Below are positions 8,684 to 16,748 of a DNA stretch of 64,000 nucleotides, in pieces (within the stretch, counting starts at the first letter, position 1; each line of letters begins with the position of its first letter). The stretch is from positions 853 through 64,852 of IMG/VR virus record IMGVR_UViG_3300033075_001817, one strand, 5' to 3'. Source of the DNA: a virus. Taxonomy: Duplodnaviria; Caudoviricetes. The notes beneath the pieces were generated by a model that was given only the letters and a program-made list of their open reading frames with translations, was not told the origin of the DNA and ran no database searches. A program made the position numbers and the translations under genes.

Positions 8684-9430
8684 ATGCGGACGTGGAAATC
8701 AGCGCCGTTGCTCGTTCTCGCGGCGCTTGGATGTGGACGGGAGCGGCCTGCCGAGCCTCCGGCGCCGCCCGAGCCCGCGCTCTCCCCGATGCAGATGCGT
8801 GCGCCGCATCTCTCCGCCGAGGACGCGCGTGCTCTGACGTGGCTCGTGGACGCGTGGCCCACGTACGTCCTGCCGATGCACAACGCGCTGCGCCCGGGCT
8901 GCGACGAGGGCGCCCCTGCCGAGGCGGCCCGTTGCTACGGGGGCGCGGCTTCCAGCGCGCGTGCGCAGCTCGATCTGTTCCGCGCGGGCACCGTCGATGC
9001 GCCCCGTCAGCTCTGGCCTCGGATCCTCGAGATGAGCAGCGGAGCGGAGCGCGAGATCTGCGACCTCGAGCACCGCGCGGCGCTCGCAGAAGCCCACGCG
9101 CGCGACCGTCCGCGGCGCGATGAGGTCGCGTGGGAATGGCTCGATCGCGTCGGCACGCGCGAAGAATGGGAGTTCGGGTGCGACGGCGAAGGGTGGTACC
9201 TAGGGACGCTCGGAACCGATGCCGTGCGCGAGCTCGTCAGCTGCCCCGCGACGCCGCGCACGCTCGACATTCGAGAGGGAGCTGCCGCGTGCTGCGACGT
9301 CGCGCGCGTGACCGAAGCCATCGCCCTCGACAGGCACCTCGGGCCGCCAGAGTGGTGCCCGTCGTTCAGGCCGCGCCCAGCACCAGCACCCGGCGCCAGT
9401 GCCCCGACAACATCGGCCACGCCCCAGTGA
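8684..9430 (+). CDS. Cys-rich lipoprotein in the immunity region
   Basis: Signal peptide with lipobox LAALG-C, Pro-rich linker, several further Cys; opposite orientation to its neighbours. Confidence 0.7.
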   Translation: MRTWKSAPLLVLAALGCGRERPAEPPAPPEPALSPMQMRAPHLSAEDARALTWLVDAWPTYVLPMHNALRPGCDEGAPAEAARCYGGAASSARAQLDLFRAGTVDAPRQLWPRILEMSSGAEREICDLEHRAALAEAHARDRPRRDEVAWEWLDRVGTREEWEFGCDGEGWYLGTLGTDAVRELVSCPATPRTLDIREGAAACCDVARVTEAIALDRHLGPPEWCPSFRPRPAPAPGASAPTTSATPQ

Positions 9431-9950
9431 GATCGTCGACGCGGACCGGCCGCTCGGTGGCGAGCGCTTCGTCGACGAGCGCGCGCTCCTCTCGCAGCGG
9501 CCCCCCGATGCGGTAGCGAAGCCGCCCCGCGTCGTAGATGGCGAGGCGGGCAGCCCGGATCTCCGTGATGCGACGGGCGAGCAGCTCCGCCGACGCGTTC
9601 ACGTGGAACGCCATCAGCCCGTGCAGGTCCCAGCCCGCGCGCAGCTGCCGATCGAGCACGCGGCGCGGCACGAGCAGCATCGCCGCGAGCCTGCGCGCGT
9701 TCCGCTCGGTGTTTGCTGGGCCGAAGCGCGCGAGCATTTCGTGGGCGCATTCGTGCGCGATCACGCTGTGAAGGCGCCGGCCCACGTTCGTCCCGACGTA
9801 GATCCTCCCGCCCGCGCGACGGCCGCCGCTCCCCGGCTCGTAGACGAGCGGCACGTCGAGCGCGTCGAGAAGATCGAACGCGTCGATCGGCCCAGCGCCA
9901 CCAATCTCGCCGTGTGCCCACGCGGCGAGCCCCTCCAACTCTTCATCCAT
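9366..9950 (-). CDS. ImmA/IrrE-family metallopeptidase (anti-repressor)
   Basis: HExxH motif (IAHECAH) and ERNARRLAAMLLVP; directly downstream of the repressor. Confidence 0.88.
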   Translation of the reverse strand: MDEELEGLAAWAHGEIGGAGPIDAFDLLDALDVPLVYEPGSGGRRAGGRIYVGTNVGRRLHSVIAHECAHEMLARFGPANTERNARRLAAMLLVPRRVLDRQLRAGWDLHGLMAFHVNASAELLARRITEIRAARLAIYDAGRLRYRIGGPLREERALVDEALATERPVRVDDLTGAWPMLSGHWRRVLVLGAA

Positions 9951-9976
9951 GCCGGGACGACGCGCGCCCGCGGTTG

Positions 9977-10456
9977 TTACTGACGCCCGACGAGCTTCGG
10001 GCCGTCGGAGCGCGGGGCGCGGACCTCGCCCTTCGCCTCGGACCGGCCCAGGAAATCCTCGAGACTCTTCCACATCTCACGATCCGAGGCGCTCTCGCCG
10101 CGAAGCGAGTTCGTGGTCGTGACGAAGGCGCCGAGCTGCGCGCGGGGGAGATCGCCGCTCTCGACCGCCCGCCATGCGAACGCGAGCACGCGCGGAGAAA
10201 CGGCGTCCAGATCGAAGAGCTGGCGCTCGCCACCCATGCTGCGGCCGAGCAGCGAATCCGTGCTCACCTCGTAGAGGTCGGCGAGCTTGCCAAGGATCTC
10301 GACGCCCATCCCGAGATCGCCCGTCTCGTACTTCGACAGCGTGCCGCTCGCGATGCCGATCTTCTCGGCTGCGGCCTGCTGAGTGAGGCCCTTCCGTTTG
10401 CGTGCGTCCGCGAGCTTCTTCCCGAACGCCTTCCCGACGTAGAGGTCATCCGCCAT
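9977..10456 (-). CDS. XRE-family phage repressor (CI/ImmR-like)
   Basis: KLADARKRKGLTQQAAAEKIGIASGTLSKYETG...LADLYEVSTDSLLG; divergent from cro. Alternative start at 10507. Confidence 0.9.
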   Translation of the reverse strand: MADDLYVGKAFGKKLADARKRKGLTQQAAAEKIGIASGTLSKYETGDLGMGVEILGKLADLYEVSTDSLLGRSMGGERQLFDLDAVSPRVLAFAWRAVESGDLPRAQLGAFVTTTNSLRGESASDREMWKSLEDFLGRSEAKGEVRAPRSDGPKLVGRQ

Positions 10457-10493
10457 CGACGGATCACCCCACGAAAAGCGGGCGCCAACAATG

Positions 10494-10542
10494 GACGCAT
10501 ACGTCATGTCGAGCGCCCCTTGACGCGCTGGACGTATACGTC
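10494..10542. promoter_or_regulatory. Two candidate operator palindromes
   Basis: GACGTATACGTC (10531-10542, perfect palindrome) and GACGCATACGTC (10494-10505, one mismatch). Confidence 0.65.
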
Positions 10543-10548
10543 TAGCTT
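10520..10548 (+). promoter_or_regulatory. Sigma70-type rightward promoter (pR-like)
   Basis: TTGACG, 17 nt spacer, TAGCTT; ATG of cro lies 9 nt after the -10 box. Confidence 0.72.
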
Positions 10549-10557
10549 CCGAGAGCC

Positions 10558-10800
10558 ATGGCAACTCTCGACGGTTTCGGAGCACGTCTCGCTGCGGTGC
10601 GCAGGCACCGCGGTCTCTCGCAGGAGGCCCTCGCCCGCAAGGCCGAGATGGCCAGCGGCACCATCTCCAAGTACGAGACGGGCGGGCTCGATCCGACGCT
10701 CAGCTCGTTGACGGCGCTCGCGCGCTCGCTCGACACCTCCATCGGGTGGCTCGGTGCCGCCGAGGGCGCTTCGCCGCTGCGCTCGAAGCGGGCGGCGTAG
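10558..10800 (+). CDS. Cro-like XRE HTH regulator
   Basis: RLAAVRRHRGLSQEALARKAEMASGTISKYETG. Confidence 0.88.
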   Translation: MATLDGFGARLAAVRRHRGLSQEALARKAEMASGTISKYETGGLDPTLSSLTALARSLDTSIGWLGAAEGASPLRSKRAA

Positions 10801-11238
10801 ATGGACGCCGTCGCCCTGAAGGCTCACCGCGAGGTGAGGAAGGCCATCCGTCGGGGGCAGCTCGAGCGCCCGGCGAAGTGCTCCGTCTGCCGCGTGTTCC
10901 GGCCGCTCGCGCACCACGACGACTACTCGAAGCCGCTCGACGTGATCTGGCTCTGCCACGGATGCCACGTGCGCCGGCACGAGCAACTCGGGTGGGGATG
11001 CCCCGGGCGTCGCGTGGAGCTTGGTCGCGTGCACGGCCCGCTCACGCGCGAGGCGTCGGAGCTGCGCGATCTCTTGCTCTCGTGGCGGCAAGCGAAGCCA
11101 GGGCGACGGCTCGGCCAACTTCGGCGCCGCCTCGGGGTTCGCGCTGTCCGGTTCTCCCTCTGGTCCACCGGGCGCGCCGCTCCGAGCGCTTACGAGCGCG
11201 CCCGCCTGATCGCTCTGCTCGAGAAGGAAGCCGCCTGA
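10801..11238 (+). CDS. HNH-like Zn-finger fused to a putative HTH
   Basis: CSVC...AHHDDYSKPLDVIWLCHGCH; C-terminal LRRRLGV...FSLWSTGRAAPS. Confidence 0.7.
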   Translation: MDAVALKAHREVRKAIRRGQLERPAKCSVCRVFRPLAHHDDYSKPLDVIWLCHGCHVRRHEQLGWGCPGRRVELGRVHGPLTREASELRDLLLSWRQAKPGRRLGQLRRRLGVRAVRFSLWSTGRAAPSAYERARLIALLEKEAA

Positions 11239-11520
11239 ATGTTCCCCTGGCTCATCGTGACCGCGCTCGCCGCGGTCGTGGCCGCTCTCTCCCTCGCGCT
11301 CGCCATGCAGCGCGACCTCCACGCGATCCGCGGCAAGCGCGTCGAGCGCATGCAGAAGCGCGAGGACGCCCTCTACGACCTCTCGCGCCGCTGGCTCGAC
11401 GAGGCAGCCGCGCACCGGACCGTGCACGGCATCGAGCACGACGGCGCGGACTACGCGGGTGGGCTCATCGACGCGGCGGCAGAGCTCGAGCTCGCCCTCG
11501 ACGATGGGGAGGACGCGTAG
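11239..11520 (+). CDS. Hypothetical protein with N-terminal TM helix
   Basis: Hydrophobic N-terminus; RBS AAGGAAG. Confidence 0.55.
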   Translation: MFPWLIVTALAAVVAALSLALAMQRDLHAIRGKRVERMQKREDALYDLSRRWLDEAAAHRTVHGIEHDGADYAGGLIDAAAELELALDDGEDA

Positions 11521-12093
11521 ATGCGTCGCGCCTCGATCGTCGCGCTGATCCTCGCGCTCGCATGCGCGGTCGTGCCGGCCGTGCTCGCGACCCTCGCGCG
11601 CGGCCAGGAACGCGACGAGCTGCAGGTCCCCGACGACACGCTCCGCGATCTCGTCCGCATCGGCGCGCACGAAGCCGGCCTCGACTCGCCCGCCGACCTC
11701 GATGGGATCTGGGCGGTCTGGGTGCGCGGCGCCGAGCGCGAGGAGATGAGCATCGACGCGTTCGCCCGCGCCTACTCGCGCCGCGCCTTCGCCGGCACCG
11801 ACCGCGCGATCAACCAGTGGGCCATGGAGCTCGAGCTCGACTGCGGCGCGCCGCCGAGCCTCCATCTGCCGTGGGATCGCGCGCGAGTCGGTGGCGAGCA
11901 GCCACGCCGCGATGCGTGCCTCGCCCTCGTCGCTCACGCGCGTGAGGTCGTCTCCTCGCCGCTCGTCTGCGAGGCCGACGACTGGGGCAGCGCGGCCGAC
12001 TTCCGGCTGATGCGCGCGCGCGGCGGTCATCCCGTGATGGTCGCGTGCGGTCCCGGCGCGCGGAACCTCTTCTCCCGTCGCGGAGGGCGCTGA
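11521..12093 (+). CDS. Secreted/membrane-anchored hypothetical protein
   Basis: Signal-like N-terminus; RBS GGGAGG. Confidence 0.6.
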   Translation: MRRASIVALILALACAVVPAVLATLARGQERDELQVPDDTLRDLVRIGAHEAGLDSPADLDGIWAVWVRGAEREEMSIDAFARAYSRRAFAGTDRAINQWAMELELDCGAPPSLHLPWDRARVGGEQPRRDACLALVAHAREVVSSPLVCEADDWGSAADFRLMRARGGHPVMVACGPGARNLFSRRGGR

Positions 12094-12094
12094 G

Positions 12095-12244
12095 ATGGAC
12101 GCGCTCTTCGCCCTCGCGCTGCTCGCGTGCGTGCTGGGCCTCGTGCTCGCGCCCGTGACGCGCTCGCTCCGCATCGAGCTGGGTGTCCTGGATTCCACGA
12201 TCGAGAAGCTGGATCCGCGCAAGGGCGGACGGGAGGGGTCATGA
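12095..12244 (+). CDS. Small membrane peptide
   Basis: Not in the ORF track; MDALFALALLACVLGLVLAP. Confidence 0.4.
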   Translation: MDALFALALLACVLGLVLAPVTRSLRIELGVLDSTIEKLDPRKGGREGS

Positions 12245-12738
12245 CGGAAGCATCGCTACCCGCGCAGGCGCTCAGTGCCGAAGCGCGACGCAAGGAGGTC
12301 GAGCAGGGCTTCGGAGAGCGTCTCCGCAGCTGGATCGGCTCGACCAAGCTCGTCACCGTTGAGCGCGCGCTCGGGCTGAAGGGCAACGACCTCTACGACG
12401 TGCTCACGTCGGCCAAGCACGCGCGCGCCGCGTGGCTCGAACTGCTCCCGCCCGCCGTCGAGCTCGCCTACCTCGCCGAGCGCGCGGCGGCCCACGCGCT
12501 CCGCCTCGCCCCGGTCGCCACCGAGGAATCGACGATGGGCGACATCATCGCGCACGTCGGCCACGTGCTCACGCTCTGCGCCCAGAGCGAGCAGGACGGC
12601 TGGGTGTCGCCCGAGGAAGCGACGGCCGACCTCAAGGCGCTCCGGGCCCTCGCGCGAAAGCTCGAGGAGGTCATCGGCCATCGCGAGCGCGCGATCCGTG
12701 AGCGCGGCGCGCCCGTCGTGAAGCTGGGGCGGCGGTGA
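12241..12738 (+). CDS. CII-like phage regulatory protein
   Basis: Position after cro; C-terminal ..QDGWVSPEE..DL..L pattern typical of CP76/CII family as recalled. Confidence 0.5.
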   Translation: MTEASLPAQALSAEARRKEVEQGFGERLRSWIGSTKLVTVERALGLKGNDLYDVLTSAKHARAAWLELLPPAVELAYLAERAAAHALRLAPVATEESTMGDIIAHVGHVLTLCAQSEQDGWVSPEEATADLKALRALARKLEEVIGHRERAIRERGAPVVKLGRR

Positions 12739-12998
12739 GCGCGGTGGCCGAAGAGATCGACGACGAGACGCGCATCACGAGCGTCGGTCGTCGCACGCCG
12801 ATCGCGTCATGCAACATCGGCCCCGAGCCGGTCGGCGTCACCGGCGACGACGGCAAGCCGAGCGGCGTGCGCGCGTTCACGCCCGACTCGCTCGTGATGA
12901 GCGACGACACGCGTCGCCTCTTCGACGCGCTCGACGAGGTGATCGCGGTCGGCGCGCTCGTCTCCCTCGCGGCCCGCCACGCGTCGGAGGATCCGTGA
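12735..12998 (+). CDS. Hypothetical protein
   Basis: Coupled overlap. Confidence 0.5.
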   Translation: MSAVAEEIDDETRITSVGRRTPIASCNIGPEPVGVTGDDGKPSGVRAFTPDSLVMSDDTRRLFDALDEVIAVGALVSLAARHASEDP

Positions 12999-13399
12999 GC
13001 AGCTGCGGCCCCGACTGCACGTGCGATGCGTGCATGGCCTCGACGTGGCTCGACCGCGGCAAGCGGCTCGCGGCGGTGCTCGAGCAGCTGAACGCGCAGC
13101 ACCTCGGCTCGATCGCGCGCGCGTACCTGCCGCCCTTCGAGCGCTTCCTCTTCGACGCGCAGATCGCGCGCCGTCAGCGCGTCGCCGCATCGGTCGTCAC
13201 GTGGCGTGACCCGGTGCTGCGGCCCTGGGAGCGCATCTCCGCCGACGACGCGGCCGTGCTGCTCGTCGGCGTCTTCTTCGATGCGCCCGAGCGCGTGCTG
13301 TTTCTGCTGACCCTCCGCGCCGAGCGGCAGCGCGCAGCACAGCAGCGAGAAGTCCAAGCGGCGCACGAGCGCCAGCAGATGGGAGCGATCCGAGCATGA
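12995..13399 (+). CDS. Hypothetical protein
   Basis: CGPDCTCDAC N-terminus; coupled overlap. Confidence 0.5.
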   Translation: MSSCGPDCTCDACMASTWLDRGKRLAAVLEQLNAQHLGSIARAYLPPFERFLFDAQIARRQRVAASVVTWRDPVLRPWERISADDAAVLLVGVFFDAPERVLFLLTLRAERQRAAQQREVQAAHERQQMGAIRA

Positions 13400-14070
13400 C
13401 GAGCACGACCACGAGCAAGCCGCGGATCGTCCGCGGTGTCGCGAGGAGGCACGAGGTGCACACGCCGGGCGGCGACGTGTCGCAGTGGGTGACCGACCTC
13501 GACTACGCCGCGCACGTCGTGCGGTGGGGCGGGATCGGCGCCGGCACGCGCGTCCTGGATCTCGGCGCGGGGAAGGGCAACCTCTCCCTCGCGTGCCTCG
13601 GCGTCGGCGCGAGCGTCACCGCCGTCGAGATCGATCCGCACTTCCGCCGGCCGCTGCTCGAGCGCCTCGGTGCGCGCGCGCGTGTGGTGATCGCCGACGC
13701 GTTCGATCCGGAGCTGCTCGCGAAGATCGGCGGCGACGCGGAGTTCGACGTCGTGCTGAGCAATCCCGCGTGGGAGCAGGACTACGAGGTCCGCTTCCTT
13801 CGGCGCGGGCTCGAGCTTGCGCCGCGCGTCCTCGGGATCATCTCGCTCGATGGCACCGTGAGCGGCGGGCGCTGGGAGCACTGGCGCTGGATGCGGAAGA
13901 CGCGGCAGCTCCTCACCCCGAAGCGGCTCAGCTTCTCCGAGAACGGGCGCGCCGGGCAGGAGTACCCCATCGCCGTCGAGGTCGTGGCCCGCCGCGTACC
14001 GCGCGCGAACGACGAGGCCGAGGTCGTCGCCGAGTCCTACTACACGCCGCCCGCGCGGGTGCGGCGGTGA
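13396..14070 (+). CDS. Class I SAM-dependent methyltransferase (amino-MTase-like)
   Basis: VLDLGAGKG, AVEID and SNPAW (NPPW/NPPY-like motif IV variant). Confidence 0.8.
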   Translation: MTSTTTSKPRIVRGVARRHEVHTPGGDVSQWVTDLDYAAHVVRWGGIGAGTRVLDLGAGKGNLSLACLGVGASVTAVEIDPHFRRPLLERLGARARVVIADAFDPELLAKIGGDAEFDVVLSNPAWEQDYEVRFLRRGLELAPRVLGIISLDGTVSGGRWEHWRWMRKTRQLLTPKRLSFSENGRAGQEYPIAVEVVARRVPRANDEAEVVAESYYTPPARVRR

Positions 14071-14444
14071 GCGCGCTCGTGTCCATCCCGACCGTGCGCG
14101 ACATGGTCGACGCGATCCCGTCCGCGTGGGTTCCGGTCCCGATGCCGGCGCCGTCGCTGCGCGGCTGGGAGGTCGGGCAGCTGCGCGTGATCGTCTCCGT
14201 CGACGACTGCGGCGACGAGGGCGTCTGGCTGCACACGTCGGTGAGCCGTCGCGAGCGCGGGCGCATCGTGCTCCCGAGCTGGGCCGATCTCTCGATGGTG
14301 AAGGGCGTCGTGCACGGCGATCGGCTCGTCGTCCAGATCCTCCCGCCCAAGCGCGAGTACGTGAACATCACCGAGGCGCTGCACCTCTGGGAGCGCCTCG
14401 ATCAGCCGACGCTCCCGCGCTCGCTCGCGTCGAGGTCGCGGTGA
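14067..14444 (+). CDS. Conserved phage hypothetical protein (DUF7694-like)
   Basis: WLHTSVS...PSWADLSMVK...VQILPPKREYVNI.E.LHLW. Confidence 0.65.
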   Translation: MSALVSIPTVRDMVDAIPSAWVPVPMPAPSLRGWEVGQLRVIVSVDDCGDEGVWLHTSVSRRERGRIVLPSWADLSMVKGVVHGDRLVVQILPPKREYVNITEALHLWERLDQPTLPRSLASRSR

Positions 14445-15256
14445 CGCGCTCGCTCCCCGTCCTCTTCGCGTGCGTCCCGCTCGGCACGCGGCTGACGCGC
14501 CGCGCGTGCGGCATGCGGCACCTCGAAGCGAAGATCGCGAGCAAGGGCAACAAGCTCGTCGTGCGCGACGAGACGTGCCGCACCTGCGTCGTCGGCGAGA
14601 AGCACGCGTCGGGGCTCGAGCCCTCGTCGTGGCCCAACGGCGCGCCGATCACGACCGCGGCGCCGAGCGTCGCTCAGCCGCCGGGCAAGCCCGAAGCGAA
14701 GCCGATCAACCTCGACGCGCCCGTGCGAGCGAAGCGCGTCGGCCCCGTTCCCGCACCGATCACGAAGGAGACCAGCATGTCGAGGCCGCCGAAGCTCTTC
14801 ACCCACGCAGGCAAGACCCAGTCGCTCTTCGGCTGGACGAAGCAGCTCGGCATCGGCGACAAGGTGCTGCGCAAGCGCATCTACAAGCTCACCTCCGCGG
14901 GCGTGAGCGAGTCCGAGGCGGTCTCGCGCGCGATCGAGCAGGGCGGGCTCAAGTCGTTCGCCGCCGCGAAGGCCTCGGAGCAGATCGAGCGGGGGCTCAC
15001 CGCGAAGCGCGAGAAGGCGGCGGCGAAGATCCTCGGCGTCGATCCGAGCGCTGTCGAGCGTCTTCACAAGGAGGTCGTCGCCTCGACGATCAAGAAGGCC
15101 TACGAGCCGAAGACGAGCGCCGCGCTCTCGGAGTCGCTCCCTCCCGCCGGCACCGATGTGCAGTCGCCCGAAGCGGCCCTCATCGCCCTCGGCTACCGCG
15201 TCACCTCCATCCGCGTCCCGGCCGGGCTCGCGCTGATCGTGAGCGTGCCGTCGTGA
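14441..15256 (+). CDS. Zn-finger plus DNA-binding domain protein
   Basis: C..C motifs; FTHAGKTQSLFGWTKQLGI...LRKRI resembles the DNA-binding module found on phage HNH proteins. Confidence 0.55.
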   Translation: MTRSLPVLFACVPLGTRLTRRACGMRHLEAKIASKGNKLVVRDETCRTCVVGEKHASGLEPSSWPNGAPITTAAPSVAQPPGKPEAKPINLDAPVRAKRVGPVPAPITKETSMSRPPKLFTHAGKTQSLFGWTKQLGIGDKVLRKRIYKLTSAGVSESEAVSRAIEQGGLKSFAAAKASEQIERGLTAKREKAAAKILGVDPSAVERLHKEVVASTIKKAYEPKTSAALSESLPPAGTDVQSPEAALIALGYRVTSIRVPAGLALIVSVPS

Positions 15257-15447
15257 GCAAGCCCATCGACGGCCTCGAGCCACTCCCGCCCCCGCCGCCC
15301 TCGTGGCGCCCCGGTCAGCTCGTGCGCGCCGACGAGTCGCGCCTCGAGCGCGCCGTCATCGAGCGCGTGCACCGCGTCGCGCGCGCCAAGGGGATCCGGC
15401 TCGAAGAGGCCGCGAAGATCGTCGTCACCTGGCTCGAGGCGCCATGA
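15253..15447 (+). CDS. Small hypothetical protein
   Basis: Coupled overlap. Confidence 0.45.
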   Translation: MSKPIDGLEPLPPPPPSWRPGQLVRADESRLERAVIERVHRVARAKGIRLEEAAKIVVTWLEAP

Positions 15448-15677
15448 GGACGGCCATCGCATCGTTCCCGCGCTCGCCCGGAGAGCTGCGCGTCGAGCTC
15501 GACGTAGAGCGCCGTGGCGTCGTCCTCGCGTTCTACGTGCCGCAGCTCGGGGCGAAGCCGCACCTCGAGAAGAGCATCACGATCCCCGTGCGCGAGATCG
15601 ACGAGATCGTCCGCGCGCTCCACGACGGCAAGGGCCAGATCATCGCGCTGCGGATGCGCGAAGGGAGCGGCGCGTGA
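15444..15677 (+). CDS. PC4/p15-like ssDNA-binding protein (putative)
   Basis: IASFPRS..ELRVELD...KSITIPV.EIDEIVRAL pattern. Confidence 0.45.
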   Translation: MRTAIASFPRSPGELRVELDVERRGVVLAFYVPQLGAKPHLEKSITIPVREIDEIVRALHDGKGQIIALRMREGSGA

Positions 15678-15907
15678 GCAAGACCGCTCCGCGCACCCGC
15701 TGGGAGGACGAGGCGCTCGCCGCGGGCCGACCCATCGCCATCGCGACCGGCACGCGCGAAGAGCTGCTCGCGGGCGGCGGCACCGTGCGCGTCGTCTATG
15801 ACGAGGCCGGGCTCGAGCCGCTCCGCGTCGAGCGGCTCACACGCCAGGACTTCGCGGTCGCGGCGAAGATCATGGCCGCGTACCCGCAGCGCCGGAGGGT
15901 CGCCTGA
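15674..15907 (+). CDS. Hypothetical protein
   Basis: Coupled overlap. Confidence 0.45.
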   Translation: MSKTAPRTRWEDEALAAGRPIAIATGTREELLAGGGTVRVVYDEAGLEPLRVERLTRQDFAVAAKIMAAYPQRRRVA

Positions 15908-16485
15908 TGCTGCCGGACCTCGGCTCAGCGCCGACCACCTCCCTGCGCGCCGCGCGTTCGGCGCCGGCGATCGTGATCGGCCTCGACCCGTCGCTCGCCG
16001 CCTACGGCTGGGCCGTGCTCGACGTGACCGCTCCCCGCCCTCGCGTGCTCGATGCGGGCTGCGTCATCACGAAGAAGACCGCCGACCTTCGCGGCTACGT
16101 GTTCGAGGACGATGCCGAGCGTGTCGAGCGGATCGCGCGCGAGCTGTTCCGCGTGATCGACGGCGCCGTCACGCGCGGGTCGGTGCAGATCGTCCACGAG
16201 GCGCCCGGAGGCTCGAAGTCGAGCGCCGCGATGAAGGCGCTCTCGTTCGCCTTCTCCGTCACGCGAATCGTCTGCTACGCGCGCGGCATCCGCCCCCTCG
16301 GCGTCACCGCGGGCGACGTGAAGCGCACGCTCTGCGGCGTGGCCGATGCCGAGAAGGATCGGGTCGCCGATGCCGTCGCCGCGCGCACCGGGTGGCGCTC
16401 CAAGGCCACGACGCAGCCCGAGGTCGAGGCCGAGTCGGACGCGGTCGCCGTGGCGATCACGGGAGCGGGGAGGGCGCCTCGATGA
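15907..16485 (+). CDS. RuvC-like Holliday junction resolvase
   Basis: VIGLDPSLAAYGWAVL, IVHE, VKRTLCG...AEK, ESDAVAVA. Confidence 0.85.
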   Translation: MLPDLGSAPTTSLRAARSAPAIVIGLDPSLAAYGWAVLDVTAPRPRVLDAGCVITKKTADLRGYVFEDDAERVERIARELFRVIDGAVTRGSVQIVHEAPGGSKSSAAMKALSFAFSVTRIVCYARGIRPLGVTAGDVKRTLCGVADAEKDRVADAVAARTGWRSKATTQPEVEAESDAVAVAITGAGRAPR

Positions 16486-16748
16486 CCGAGCAGCTCCGTC
16501 TCGACGGCCAGAAGGGCCCGCGCAGCCGCGTGGAGAGCACCGTCGACTGCGGCACGGCCGGGCCCGTCCGCATCGTCCTGCACCTCGACGAGCGCCCCGA
16601 CGGCACCGACGTCGAGACCGTGCGCATCGTCGCGGTCGGCCACGTCTCGCACGTGCCGATCGCTGAGCTCGAGACGCTGCTCCGCGCGCTGTCTCGGGCC
16701 CGCGACGTCTCGAGCATGCGCCGTGTGCGCAGGGGCCAGGAACCGTGA
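16482..16748 (+). CDS. Hypothetical protein
   Basis: Coupled overlap. Confidence 0.45.
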   Translation: MTEQLRLDGQKGPRSRVESTVDCGTAGPVRIVLHLDERPDGTDVETVRIVAVGHVSHVPIAELETLLRALSRARDVSSMRRVRRGQEP

